Virus record (IMG/VR): IMGVR_UViG_3300031867_000037
Location: 10,317-74,316 of that record
Direction: 5' to 3' (one strand)
Length of the DNA stretch: 64,000 bases
Source: a virus
Taxonomy: Duplodnaviria > Caudoviricetes
Numbering within the stretch: position 1 is the first letter of the stretch; every line of letters begins with the position of its first letter. A program made the translations under genes and the position numbers. This document shows, one piece after another, positions 43,635-53,573 of the stretch. A model generated the notes under the pieces. The model did no database searches, was not told the DNA's origin, and saw nothing but the letters and a program-made list of their open reading frames with translations.

Positions 43635-45980
43635 ATGAAAAATATATCGAACGCATTTAAGCGGGCATTATTTTACAATAAGCGAGATTATATTGCTCTT
43701 GCCGACATAACTCTTACAGATGGCACAGTTTTACACTTAACTAACGATGAAATTTGGCAGGGCGGATATTCAAGAGAAGAAGCAATTTCTGAGGACGAAA
43801 ACTTTACGGTTCTTGGCTCCGCTATTATAAATTCTGCCACACTTATTATTAACAATATTAGCGATAAATTTTCTGAATACACATTTGAAAAGGCTACTGT
43901 TCAACTACACGAAGCCATGGAGTTTACTAATGAAACTCCGTCCAGAACTGAATCGCTGTACGCCGGTGAATACACAGTAGAAGATACAAAATATAACGGC
44001 GCTACAATAAAATTATCTTTAGTGGATAATATGTCTAAATTTGATAGACCTTATTCAGAAAGTAGCTTATCTTATCCTGCTACTTGTGATTCTATTATCC
44101 GAAATGCTTGTTCTGTTTGTGGTGTAACATTACAAACATTTGAATCCGCATTAAAGAATTTATCCATTCCTAATCCGCCTGAAAAAGAAGGAATTACATT
44201 CAGAGAAGTAATTAGTTGGGTCGCAACTATTTGTGGATGTTACGCTAAATGCGATACTCGTGGTAGATTAGAATTAAAGTGGATTGATAGAACACTTTTA
44301 CAGCAAACATTAGACAGTATAGATGGTGGTGAATTTGACGCAGGAACCCCATATTATACTACAGGCGTTAGTTTAAACGGTGGAACATTTAATCCGTGGA
44401 ATACAGGCGATGTATATGATGGCGGAGACTTTGCAGAACTAGATAATATCGCAACTATAAAAGGATTATCTTCACAAGATATTTGTGTTGACGATACAGT
44501 TATTGCAGGAGTTAGAATCTTAATAAAAGATAAGACGGCAGACAGTAACCAAGATATATTGTCATATGTGTATCCGTCTAATTATACAGAAGGATTTGTT
44601 GTAGAGGTTTCAGACAACGAATTTATAACCACCGACAATGTTCAAACTATTTTGACACACTTAGGAACACTGTTATATGGCATGACATTTAGAAAATTAA
44701 ATGTTACTCAACTAAGTGACCCATCTATTGAAGCCGGTGATATAGGACTTGTAATTGATAGAAAACAACACTCTTATGCCATTATTGTTACTAGATGCAC
44801 ATTTAAGATAGGTTCCATGCAAACTATTGTTTGCGGTTCTGAGTCGGCATTAAATAATTCATCCACAAGATTTTCACAAGCAACTAAAACATTCCTTGAA
44901 ACTAAAGCGATGATGAATGTTGAAAGGAATGAAAGAGTAATTGCATTACAACAATTATCAAACGCCTTAAACTCTAAAGCAGGTTTATATACAACAGTAC
45001 AAACAACTTCTAGTGGTAGTATTTATTACATGCATGATTTGCCAAATTTGTCTGAATCTAAAGTTGTTTGGAAAATGACAAATGAAGCGTGGGGTGTTAC
45101 TACTAATTATAACGGCGCACACCCAGAACAGACCGTATGGAATGCAGGTATGACTGTTGACGGCAATACTATTGTTAATATACTATCTGCGGTAGGAATT
45201 AGTGCTAGTTGGATTAACACAGGAGAATTTTCTGCACATGATAGTAACGGTAACGAAACATTTTATGTTAATGCAGATAGCGGTGTTGTTAGAATCGTAG
45301 CAAATTCATTCTCCTTGTCAAATGGGAGCACTATTGATTCTATCGCACAGGCAAAAGCGTCTGCGGCAGTTAATGGTCAAACACAACAATCAATTTTCAA
45401 TAAATTAACCAATAATTCCGCTGACCAAGGAATTTACCTTGAGAACGGTAAAATATATATTAATTCGTCTTACATTAAGACGGGTGAACTTGTAGTTGGT
45501 GGACTGAATAACACATACGGTAAAATCACTGTAAAAGGTGTGAGCGGCACCGTGGCAAAAATTGATTTATCCGGAATAACAGCAGTTGGACACGAAAATT
45601 ATGACGTTAATATACCGCTTAATATATTATTTACTGAGTATGGATTAAGCAGATACCATGATGATATTACAGTACCAGATATAGGACTTGGTTTCAGCAA
45701 TATGACTGTAAACAATGTTCGATACCCGTATGCACAGTTGTGGGCATCTATGTTGGAACTAACTGCTCGGAATGGATTACCAATAAGTCTATCATTTAGT
45801 AATCAAGGCAATAATTACGGCACAGAAATATATAGATTTGAAGTAGCTAAAGCCACATTCTCTGCTAAGTTGACAGCATCAGAATTACACGCATCAAACG
45901 GATATAGCGGCACCGTTTATACAAATAATTTAAAGTTTACAATAAAAGACGGTATTGTAACTGAGGTAACTTCTACATAA
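43635..45980 (+). CDS. baseplate hub / tail tip protein
   Basis: 781 aa after Dit; DN.FIT, DPSIEAGD, W.AGMTVDG. Confidence 0.75.
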   Translation: MKNISNAFKRALFYNKRDYIALADITLTDGTVLHLTNDEIWQGGYSREEAISEDENFTVLGSAIINSATLIINNISDKFSEYTFEKATVQLHEAMEFTNETPSRTESLYAGEYTVEDTKYNGATIKLSLVDNMSKFDRPYSESSLSYPATCDSIIRNACSVCGVTLQTFESALKNLSIPNPPEKEGITFREVISWVATICGCYAKCDTRGRLELKWIDRTLLQQTLDSIDGGEFDAGTPYYTTGVSLNGGTFNPWNTGDVYDGGDFAELDNIATIKGLSSQDICVDDTVIAGVRILIKDKTADSNQDILSYVYPSNYTEGFVVEVSDNEFITTDNVQTILTHLGTLLYGMTFRKLNVTQLSDPSIEAGDIGLVIDRKQHSYAIIVTRCTFKIGSMQTIVCGSESALNNSSTRFSQATKTFLETKAMMNVERNERVIALQQLSNALNSKAGLYTTVQTTSSGSIYYMHDLPNLSESKVVWKMTNEAWGVTTNYNGAHPEQTVWNAGMTVDGNTIVNILSAVGISASWINTGEFSAHDSNGNETFYVNADSGVVRIVANSFSLSNGSTIDSIAQAKASAAVNGQTQQSIFNKLTNNSADQGIYLENGKIYINSSYIKTGELVVGGLNNTYGKITVKGVSGTVAKIDLSGITAVGHENYDVNIPLNILFTEYGLSRYHDDITVPDIGLGFSNMTVNNVRYPYAQLWASMLELTARNGLPISLSFSNQGNNYGTEIYRFEVAKATFSAKLTASELHASNGYSGTVYTNNLKFTIKDGIVTEVTST

Positions 45981-45996
45981 TAAGTGAGGTACAACA

Positions 45997-46218
45997 ATGC
46001 AAATAGATTTAATTAAAAATCAAATTGGCGGATTAATAAACGGGTTTCTTGCACAAAAGTTAGTAACACCAACAGAAATGCGCTATGTGCTTAAAGCAAT
46101 TCAAAGTGAAGTTGCTGAACTGGAACTAACTGAGAGTTACATTAAACATTCGCAAATAGAGCATAAAAAAGAACAATCAGAGCATAAACAGGAACAATTA
46201 GAGGAGAATAACGAGTAA
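45997..46218 (+). CDS. hypothetical protein
   Basis: GAGG RBS. Confidence 0.6.
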   Translation: MQIDLIKNQIGGLINGFLAQKLVTPTEMRYVLKAIQSEVAELELTESYIKHSQIEHKKEQSEHKQEQLEENNE

Positions 46219-46580
46219 TGGCTATTCAATTAAGACGAGGAAATTATACAAATTTTGACCCGTCAAAAATGCGTCCTGGTGAAGTTGCAGTAGTGCAGAC
46301 TGGTGACCCAAATACACGTAGCGGAAAAGCTATGTATATAGCACCAACTTCAAATGAAGTAAAACGAGTAGCATTTGTTGATGATGTGGAAGAAATCGTG
46401 TATAATGTAACTGATGATATAGCGGAAGAAATTAATGACCAAGTAGCTGAAAATGTTAGTGCGGCACAAACAGCGGCTAATAATGCAGCCAATAGCGCAC
46501 AAAAGGCATCACAGTATGTCGTAAGATTTTCAGACCCAAATTCAGATGGTAATATTGTAGTAACTATTGGAGGTGCATAA
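46218..46580 (+). CDS. tail fibre-associated protein
   Basis: MAIQLRRG..NFDPSKMRPGE motif. Confidence 0.7.
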   Translation: MAIQLRRGNYTNFDPSKMRPGEVAVVQTGDPNTRSGKAMYIAPTSNEVKRVAFVDDVEEIVYNVTDDIAEEINDQVAENVSAAQTAANNAANSAQKASQYVVRFSDPNSDGNIVVTIGGA

Positions 46581-46759
46581 TGTTAAGTTATTCTAAGGCA
46601 CAAGACAGGGGCGGAACAAAGAGGTATGTCGAAGGTAGCTGTTTATCTACTGACACAAAACCAACAACAAATATTGCAAACGGTTCTATGTTATTAGAAA
46701 TGGATACTGGTAAAATATTTGTATTTGATGAAGAAAACTCTGAATGGAAGGAGTTTTAA
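46580..46759 (+). CDS. small tail-region protein (59 aa)
   Basis: read by hand: CLSTDTKPT..IANGSMLLEMDTGKIFVFDEE..W. Confidence 0.7.
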   Translation: MLSYSKAQDRGGTKRYVEGSCLSTDTKPTTNIANGSMLLEMDTGKIFVFDEENSEWKEF

Positions 46760-46760
46760 T

Positions 46761-46895
46761 ATGGACATTTTATCATATCTTTTAGGATTAAAGAGCGGTG
46801 AAAAGAAGGGTAAAGATGTGGAAATAGAGAGTGATTATATTTTTACGGACCCTAATTCAGACGGTAATATTGTAGTAACAAAGGAGGGTGAATAA
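46761..46895 (+). CDS. small tail-region protein (44 aa)
   Basis: read by hand: MDILSYLLG...FTDPNSDGNIVVT. Confidence 0.6.
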   Translation: MDILSYLLGLKSGEKKGKDVEIESDYIFTDPNSDGNIVVTKEGE

Positions 46896-49684
46896 TGGCT
46901 AATATATCCTTCAAATCAATTACTTTTCCGGGATTGGCAAACAAGTATCAAGTTCCGGAGATTAGTAATGACTTAATGACACAAGGAAAAGCCGCAGATT
47001 CAAAAGCAACAGGTGATGCGCTTAGTGCATTGGAAGATTTAATGGACGATGAAGTAGGTGAAATAAAGGCTGATTTAGAAGATAACGTAAATGATTTAAA
47101 GAGCGCAACAGGCAACATTGCGGATCGTCTGGACGCAATAGACGGTGAGGGATATATTCATTTTACAAATCATCAATCAATTACGTTTGTCGATTCAAGC
47201 CACATTTGGACATACACAACCGGATTAAATAAATATGCCGCCGTTACAGAAGATGATATGTTCCATCTCAGCGCGGGGGATAAAATCCATGTTACTGGCG
47301 GTGTGGTGTATGGCGTTTTTTATAGGAAGGATGCGGATGGGGCTTACGGGAGCACAACAGGCGCTAGCAGTGATTACACGGCATTGCATGACGGAATGTA
47401 TGCAATTTCCGCGACCCTTAACCCGCAAGTAAATTTAACTGATTCGGAATTCAAACGGCTTGTTAGTTATTTCAGCATTATTCGGGCTGAGTATGCGCTA
47501 AAGGATATCAACGCGACATTGACGGAACAGCGCGAGGATATTAATATGCTGTCCGCTGGCCTGAAAGACAATACCGCAACAGATGCAATCCCAATGATTG
47601 ATGGGAAATACTTTAATCTGACCGGGTCTACTGTGACAATAACAAACAATGTGCCAGTGCCAAGCAATAATGATGCAACTTATAAATGCGGATATATGGC
47701 TTGTTCTCCGGGCGATGTGTTTACAGTAAGCGGCCTTGGTGGGAATGCGGCGAGGCTATGGGGGTTCATCAGCAGTTCCGGGACGGTTTTGAGTTCCAAG
47801 TCCGACGCAGGAGCGAATGAAACAAATAAAACAGTTATAGCGCCTACAAGTGCCGCATGGATTATTATCAATACAAAAAACGATTTGATATCCTATAAAG
47901 GAACACTTGTACAGTTGCGTTTGAGCGCACTGGAAACGAACAGCGCGACAAAAACGGAATTAAATACTGCCGACAGCAACACGAACGCGAGGATTGACAA
48001 GACTAATACCGATATTATCAACATTACCGGGAATACTCCTGTTGATATGGCGACCGGGAAATATATCAATCTTACGGGCGCGTCTGTAACCATGTCTGAC
48101 GGAGTGCCGCAAGCAAGCGCTTCAGACGCAAACTACAGTTACGGTGTTATCCAGTGCGTTGCGGGAGACATTATTACCGTAAACGGTAAAGGCGGCGGCG
48201 CAGCCCGGTTGTGGGGCTTTGTAAAAAGTGACGGAACTGTACTTGATTACAAGGCCAATGCGGATGCGGTAGGGACAAATACAATGATTGTTGCGCCTGT
48301 CGGTGCGGCATGGGCAATTATCAACACGAAGGCCGGAGGCATATCGTACAAAGGGACTTTGGTTTATGCGCGTCTCGATACCATAGAATCCGATATACTG
48401 AATAATCCGACAAGCGGAATAGGGAATTGCACGATCAGATGCGCGAAGGAGCAGTCATTTACTGATGGCAGTCATCCCGTTATACAGTGGTATCTGCTTG
48501 AAAAACCCGGCAGTGTACATGAACTGTATTATTCTAAAGACCTGTTCTATAAACGGTATCTGACAACTTTTGACGGCGATACATATATGTATAGTTGGGG
48601 TATCCTGCAAAACGGTGATATTATCGTCTGCCGGGATGCAAGCAGCATAAACAAAACGGATAAGAATGATGCAAATCGTGTCAATCCGTATGTGTATCTT
48701 GCGTCTGAAAGGTGGAAAGTACGTCATGAAGTAAACTTTGGCAGTGCAATAAAACCATGCGGATGGTTGCAGAATTCCGGGTTTAAGGTGCTTGCCGATG
48801 GTAGTGCCATATGGTGCGAATATACACGGCAAAGTACCGCAACAGCAAATGTCTGGAAGCTCAGTGGTGATCCGCTTGACCCGAATAACTGGGTAATCAC
48901 GAAGTCCTTCCCGATAACAACAGAGGATAATTTGTATGGCTTTAAACATTGCCATATGATTTCACAGGACTTCTATACCGGTGTGTGCTATTTCTCAACT
49001 GGTGATGATGATGCTCACAGTATGATGTTCGCCAGTACGGATAATGGCTCGACATGGACACAGTTGGTATCGCATGATAGCAGTGGGGAGAACGACCTTG
49101 GGTATGCCAATGGAAGCCAGATTTATTGCCGCAACCTAACGCTGACTTTTACCAAAGATTATATCTATTGGTCTACAGACGCACCGGAAGCGGTTTTGCA
49201 CAAGATACTTCGCGCCGGAAGGGATGCAAATGGCATTCTTGATTTCAGCAATTGCGATATTCTTGCAACAATTCCAGAAGTATCTTCACTTGCAACATAC
49301 GGAACTGTACTGATACCTGAATTGGACGCCATTTTGCTTTTGGAGCGTTCTGATAGCGGAGCAACTCAAATGCCTGTTAGGTTGTACACGCTCAAAGACA
49401 ACGAACTGCATACGCTTGGTACGCTGAAAAGCGTAAGCAATGGTGTGATAAATCTGGGATTCCGCACACGTTTCTCTGAATGGTATCCGAACGATTGCAA
49501 GTGCCACATCGGGTATGAACTGCGTCAAAATGGTTGGAACGACTGTGTGAACAGAATTGCCGCGTTTGGAAACAATGGGAACAACGTAACGGGATACGGT
49601 GCGAATAACATCAATAATTTGGTCGTTAAAGTATATTTTGACGGCACAGATTACGGCATGGTGCTCGATACCATCTATGTGTAA
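46895..49684 (+). CDS. receptor-binding/tail spike protein with duplicated beta domain and Asp-box propeller
   Basis: GKAADSKATGDAL N-terminal module; two ~110-aa repeats (AARLWGF..S.GTVL); STDNGSTW Asp-box. Confidence 0.7.
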   Translation: MANISFKSITFPGLANKYQVPEISNDLMTQGKAADSKATGDALSALEDLMDDEVGEIKADLEDNVNDLKSATGNIADRLDAIDGEGYIHFTNHQSITFVDSSHIWTYTTGLNKYAAVTEDDMFHLSAGDKIHVTGGVVYGVFYRKDADGAYGSTTGASSDYTALHDGMYAISATLNPQVNLTDSEFKRLVSYFSIIRAEYALKDINATLTEQREDINMLSAGLKDNTATDAIPMIDGKYFNLTGSTVTITNNVPVPSNNDATYKCGYMACSPGDVFTVSGLGGNAARLWGFISSSGTVLSSKSDAGANETNKTVIAPTSAAWIIINTKNDLISYKGTLVQLRLSALETNSATKTELNTADSNTNARIDKTNTDIINITGNTPVDMATGKYINLTGASVTMSDGVPQASASDANYSYGVIQCVAGDIITVNGKGGGAARLWGFVKSDGTVLDYKANADAVGTNTMIVAPVGAAWAIINTKAGGISYKGTLVYARLDTIESDILNNPTSGIGNCTIRCAKEQSFTDGSHPVIQWYLLEKPGSVHELYYSKDLFYKRYLTTFDGDTYMYSWGILQNGDIIVCRDASSINKTDKNDANRVNPYVYLASERWKVRHEVNFGSAIKPCGWLQNSGFKVLADGSAIWCEYTRQSTATANVWKLSGDPLDPNNWVITKSFPITTEDNLYGFKHCHMISQDFYTGVCYFSTGDDDAHSMMFASTDNGSTWTQLVSHDSSGENDLGYANGSQIYCRNLTLTFTKDYIYWSTDAPEAVLHKILRAGRDANGILDFSNCDILATIPEVSSLATYGTVLIPELDAILLLERSDSGATQMPVRLYTLKDNELHTLGTLKSVSNGVINLGFRTRFSEWYPNDCKCHIGYELRQNGWNDCVNRIAAFGNNGNNVTGYGANNINNLVVKVYFDGTDYGMVLDTIYV

Positions 49685-49794
49685 CCTAACTCAATGGACA
49701 CTTTAAATCATCGCATTAGTAAACTAAACGCCCATTTAGAATCATTCGATAAACAGGCACAACTACAATAATAGAATAATGAGAGGATTATTAT

Positions 49795-50001
49795 ATGCAA
49801 ATTTATGATTTTGTAGAACCTGAATTGGATACATTCCGAAACCTGTGTAACTTCTCAGAACACGAATTGCAATATTTTAATCTAAGGGCAAAACGAAAGT
49901 CTAATGTTGAAATTGCTCTAGGAATGAATGTTTCAGAAAGTCAAGTATCCAAATTAGCAAGGCGTGTAAAAAGCAAAATAAATCGTATAAATAGCATATA
50001 A
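49795..50001 (+). CDS. LuxR/sigma-region-4-like HTH protein
   Basis: ELQYFNLRAK.KSNVEIALGMNVSESQVSKLARRVKSKI. Confidence 0.8.
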   Translation: MQIYDFVEPELDTFRNLCNFSEHELQYFNLRAKRKSNVEIALGMNVSESQVSKLARRVKSKINRINSI

Positions 50002-50030
50002 AATAAGAAGTAATTCGATACTCAAATTAT

Positions 50031-50065
50031 AGAGACACTGTAGAATCTACAGTGTCTCTTTTATT
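50031..50065 (+). terminator. 13-bp perfect hairpin (terminator or operator)
   Basis: AGAGACACTGTAG-AAT-CTACAGTGTCTCT-TTTATT. Confidence 0.65.
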
Positions 50066-50098
50066 ATATACTTCTTTTGAAAGCGAGGAGTAATATCT

Positions 50099-50479
50099 AT
50101 GGGTTACGTAAGTTATAATCCTAACCCCGAAAGAAAATTAGTTGGTGATTGTGTTATTAGAGCGATAGCAAAAGCCACTAATAGTTCATGGGAAGATGTG
50201 TTTTTAGATATTATGATACAAGCATTTTGTATGCACGATATACCATCTTCTAATGATGTGTGGGGAACATATTTATCACAACACGGTTTTAAACGATATA
50301 TTATTCCAGATACTTGTCCTAATTGTTACACGATTAAACAATTTGTTGAGGATAATCCTAATTTAGAAGGTATCCTTGCAACCGGCACTCATGTTGTAGC
50401 ATTTGGGGAAGGTATCTTTTATGATACATGGGATAGTGGCAATGAAATACCAATCTATTATTGGCGAAAGGAGAAATGA
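50099..50479 (+). CDS. putative papain-fold (C39-like) cysteine peptidase
   Basis: GDCVIRA (Cys), GTHVVA (His), YDTWDS (Asp). Confidence 0.6.
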   Translation: MGYVSYNPNPERKLVGDCVIRAIAKATNSSWEDVFLDIMIQAFCMHDIPSSNDVWGTYLSQHGFKRYIIPDTCPNCYTIKQFVEDNPNLEGILATGTHVVAFGEGIFYDTWDSGNEIPIYYWRKEK

Positions 50480-50482
50480 TAA

Positions 50483-50920
50483 ATGGCATATAATAACGGA
50501 TTTCCTATGAATTATCAACAAATGTATCCTCAATATAGTTATGTTCCACAACAAACAACAGTTGTACCACAACAACCACAAGTTGTACAACAGCCCGTAA
50601 GTGATAATGGAATTTTATGGGTACAAGGTGAAGCTGGAGCAAAATCTTGGGCAGTTGCACCTGGTAAAAGTGTAATGCTTATGGATAGTGAATCTAATAC
50701 TTTCTATATTAAATCATCTGACCAGAGTGGGATGCCGCTGCCGTTAAGAATCTTTGATTATACGGAACGAACTGTTCAACAATCTGCTCCGCCGGTTGCA
50801 CAACATGTAGAATTTGATACTTCTCAATTTGTAACTAGGGAAGAATTCAATAAAAAACTAGATGAATTGATGGCAAAGAATAGCAGAACAGCAAAGAAGG
50901 GAGATGCTTCTAATGGCTAA
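50483..50920 (+). CDS. Gln/Pro-rich hypothetical protein
   Basis: Q/P-rich N-terminus; WVQGEAGAKSW, LMDSE..FYIKS core. Confidence 0.8.
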   Translation: MAYNNGFPMNYQQMYPQYSYVPQQTTVVPQQPQVVQQPVSDNGILWVQGEAGAKSWAVAPGKSVMLMDSESNTFYIKSSDQSGMPLPLRIFDYTERTVQQSAPPVAQHVEFDTSQFVTREEFNKKLDELMAKNSRTAKKGDASNG

Positions 50921-51137
50921 TTCTTTATACAATGTATTAGGCAATAATTCTTCACTTCCCGCACCGTTTAATAATATGCAAAATTTTGTACAGAAATTGA
51001 ACAATTTTAGACAAACATTTCAAGGTGACCCAAGACAGCAAGTTCAACAACTTCTTAATTCAGGTCAAATGTCGCAACAGCAATATAACCAACTTTCTCA
51101 AATGGCGACACAAATCCAAAATATGTTAAACAAGTGA
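50913..51137 (+). CDS. Gln/Asn-rich small protein
   Basis: DPRQQVQQLLNSGQMSQQQYNQL. Confidence 0.8.
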   Translation: MANSLYNVLGNNSSLPAPFNNMQNFVQKLNNFRQTFQGDPRQQVQQLLNSGQMSQQQYNQLSQMATQIQNMLNK

Positions 51138-51195
51138 TACAAAAACCATGCGCAAGGTTTCAGTATAAATATTATTTTTGAAAGGAATTAATACT

Positions 51196-52077
51196 ATGTC
51201 TTTAACAGAAGAAAGCGGAGGTAACGGTATGATTATGCCCGTTTCGCCTATGTATGGCGGTGGTGGCTCTGGCTTTGGCGGTTGGGGCGGAGACAACGGC
51301 TGGTGGATTATTCTTCTTTTCTTATTCGCACTCGGTGGCTGGGGTAACGGCTTCGGTGGCGGATATGGTGGAGGTGGCGCAATGCCGTATATTTTGAACA
51401 ACTCTACAAATGCTGATGTTCAGAGAGGGTTTGACCAGCAGTCAGTAATGGCTGGGATTGGCAGTTTACAGAATGGAATTTCTGGAATTTCTACTCAGCT
51501 TTGCAATGGATTTGGGGACGTACAGCAGTCCCTCTGCAATGGTTTTGCAGGAGTTAATGCAACAGTTAATAATGGGTTCTTTAATGCTGAGACAGCGGCT
51601 AATTCCCGTCAGATGGCAAATATGAATCAGGCATTTGGTGCACAGACAGCTATGATGCAGGGATTCAACGGATTACAGAGCCAGTTTGCAGATTGTTGTT
51701 GTGAAAACAGGCTTGCAAGTGCAGACCTTAAATACACGATTGCAACAGAAAATTGTGCAGATAGGGCGGCACTTAATGAAAGCGTCAGAGACATTTTACA
51801 GAATCAGAACGCAGGTATTCAGAGAATTCTTGATACTATGTGCCAGGATAAGATTGATGCCAAGAATGAAACTATTGCACAGCTTAGGTCTGAACTTATG
51901 TTTGCACGTGGACAGGCTTCTCAGGATGTGCAGACAGCGACAATTCAAGCTGGTCAGAGAGCCTTAGCAAATGAAGTCGAACAGTATGTACTTCCGACAC
52001 CGAGACCGGCGTACATTGTACAGAATCCGAATTGTTGTACACAGAACTTCGGCGGTTGTGGATGCGGTGTAGCATAA
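51196..52077 (+). CDS. Gly-rich, Cys-rich protein with a hydrophobic N-terminal segment
   Basis: GWWIILLFLFALGGWG flanked by poly-Gly; CNGF repeats; DCCCENR; C-terminal CCTQNFGGCGCG. Confidence 0.85.
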   Translation: MSLTEESGGNGMIMPVSPMYGGGGSGFGGWGGDNGWWIILLFLFALGGWGNGFGGGYGGGGAMPYILNNSTNADVQRGFDQQSVMAGIGSLQNGISGISTQLCNGFGDVQQSLCNGFAGVNATVNNGFFNAETAANSRQMANMNQAFGAQTAMMQGFNGLQSQFADCCCENRLASADLKYTIATENCADRAALNESVRDILQNQNAGIQRILDTMCQDKIDAKNETIAQLRSELMFARGQASQDVQTATIQAGQRALANEVEQYVLPTPRPAYIVQNPNCCTQNFGGCGCGVA

Positions 52078-52090
52078 GCGGAGGTACAAT

Positions 52091-52555
52091 ATGGCAGAAT
52101 ATTTAACCAGAGATGCAGTAGAGAGCGTACAACTTAATACTCCAATCTCATTTGTGGATTCTATTCCGTGTAATCGTGGCTATGTATTTCATCAGAGCGG
52201 CACAGGAATTTTTGTTCTGCGTGGAATTGTAAATAATCCTAATGCTTGTTTTGCTAGATACGATATTAGTTTTACGGCTAATATTGCGATTCCTACCGGC
52301 GGTGTAGTAACACCAATAGCAACTGCAATAGTTGTGTCTGGAGAAAGTCGAGACGGAAGTCGTAGCATATTTACTCCTGCGGCAGTAGATACATATGGAA
52401 ATGTTACTAGCAGAGCAACAGTAGATGTTCCTCGTGGATGTTGTTTTACTGTATCAGTAGAGTATGTAAACGGCTCAGTTAATGACCCGACAGTAACACC
52501 GACACCGCTTATCAATGTAGTTGACGGCAGTTTAAAAATTAGTAGAACAGCATAA
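52091..52555 (+). CDS. BclA C-terminal-like beta-sandwich protein
   Basis: all-beta pattern; Y.ISF.ANIAIPTGG, VDVPRGCCFTVSV. Confidence 0.6.
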   Translation: MAEYLTRDAVESVQLNTPISFVDSIPCNRGYVFHQSGTGIFVLRGIVNNPNACFARYDISFTANIAIPTGGVVTPIATAIVVSGESRDGSRSIFTPAAVDTYGNVTSRATVDVPRGCCFTVSVEYVNGSVNDPTVTPTPLINVVDGSLKISRTA

Positions 52556-52572
52556 GAAAGGAGGTATGTCTG

Positions 52573-53169
52573 ATGAATAAACATTGCGAAGCAGTAAAAG
52601 AAATTCTGGAAGACCAGATTAAAAAGATTGCGAAAAAAGGAGACATAACTCCTCAAGAACTTGATAGTCTGTATAAAGCATCTGCCGTTGTTCTTGATTT
52701 TGAAACAAGGGAGGCGATGAAACGTGCCGAAGAACAAAACCCAATGCAGGGCGAACAGTCTAATGATTATTCTACGGCAAACTATAATCGCAGAGGCAGT
52801 TATATGAACGGTCAGTCTACACACTATCCGTGGTTTATGTATCACGATGGAATGAGTAGAGAAAGAAATTCATATGGCCCTATTTGGAATCAAGAAATGG
52901 AAAATAAATCATTAAAAGAAGTACATTCTAACGACCAGGCTTATGACAGTGCTTATGACGGAGCCTATGATGGAAGTTATGATGCATCTACCGAAAATTC
53001 ATATCGCAGAGGTCGTGATGCAAGAACTGGTAGATACGTAAGCAGGGACGGCAATTCAGCAGATAAACAACGCATGATTGGTAAGTTACAAGATATGATG
53101 GATGATGCAAAATCACCGCAGGAGCGAAGTGCTTTACAGCAATGTGTTGACAGACTGGAAAAAATGTAA
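52573..53169 (+). CDS. hypothetical protein with low-complexity Y/D/G/S middle
   Basis: YDSAYDGAYDGSYD; RGRDARTGRYVSRD. Confidence 0.8.
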   Translation: MNKHCEAVKEILEDQIKKIAKKGDITPQELDSLYKASAVVLDFETREAMKRAEEQNPMQGEQSNDYSTANYNRRGSYMNGQSTHYPWFMYHDGMSRERNSYGPIWNQEMENKSLKEVHSNDQAYDSAYDGAYDGSYDASTENSYRRGRDARTGRYVSRDGNSADKQRMIGKLQDMMDDAKSPQERSALQQCVDRLEKM

Positions 53170-53179
53170 TTATAATACT

Positions 53180-53206
53180 AGAGGGAGAGAAATCTCCCTC
53201 ATTTTT
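53180..53206 (+). terminator. intrinsic terminator
   Basis: GAGGGAGA-GAAA-TCTCCCTC-ATTTTT. Confidence 0.75.
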
Positions 53207-53225
53207 AAATTGAGCGTATATTATA

Positions 53226-53573
53226 ATGGATATAAACACTGTCAATGCACTAATAGATGAATTGGAAGAGAGTGAACCTTCATTATCTAATATAAGAAAT
53301 CTTTCAGCATTATATACTGTAAAGGCGCATTTATTAGGCACTTCCAATTATGATTCTACTACTGCCGAACTGAATGATATATTACCGTCTTATATGCAGT
53401 ATATTGATGCAAAAAAGGACTATCAAATGTACAAAACTACTGCAAAGGATGTGTGCATAAATATGCAAAAATTATGCAAGGAAATAAAAGAATTCATACA
53501 GACTTTGTACAATAATACAGATATGCCAGAAGAACGAGAAATAATTAAACAGATGGTTAAAGAGATACAGTAA
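53226..53573 (+). CDS. helical hypothetical protein
   Basis: 115-aa ORF following the module. Confidence 0.7.
   Translation: MDINTVNALIDELEESEPSLSNIRNLSALYTVKAHLLGTSNYDSTTAELNDILPSYMQYIDAKKDYQMYKTTAKDVCINMQKLCKEIKEFIQTLYNNTDMPEEREIIKQMVKEIQ

Noticed and set aside
46895-49684. Diversity-generating retroelement targeting the spike
   Set aside because: No reverse transcriptase and no TR/VR pair differing at adenines in the window.
52192-52845. 217-aa minus-strand ORF and similar antisense ORFs in the track
   Set aside because: Overlap well-supported plus-strand genes; no RBS or recognisable motifs.
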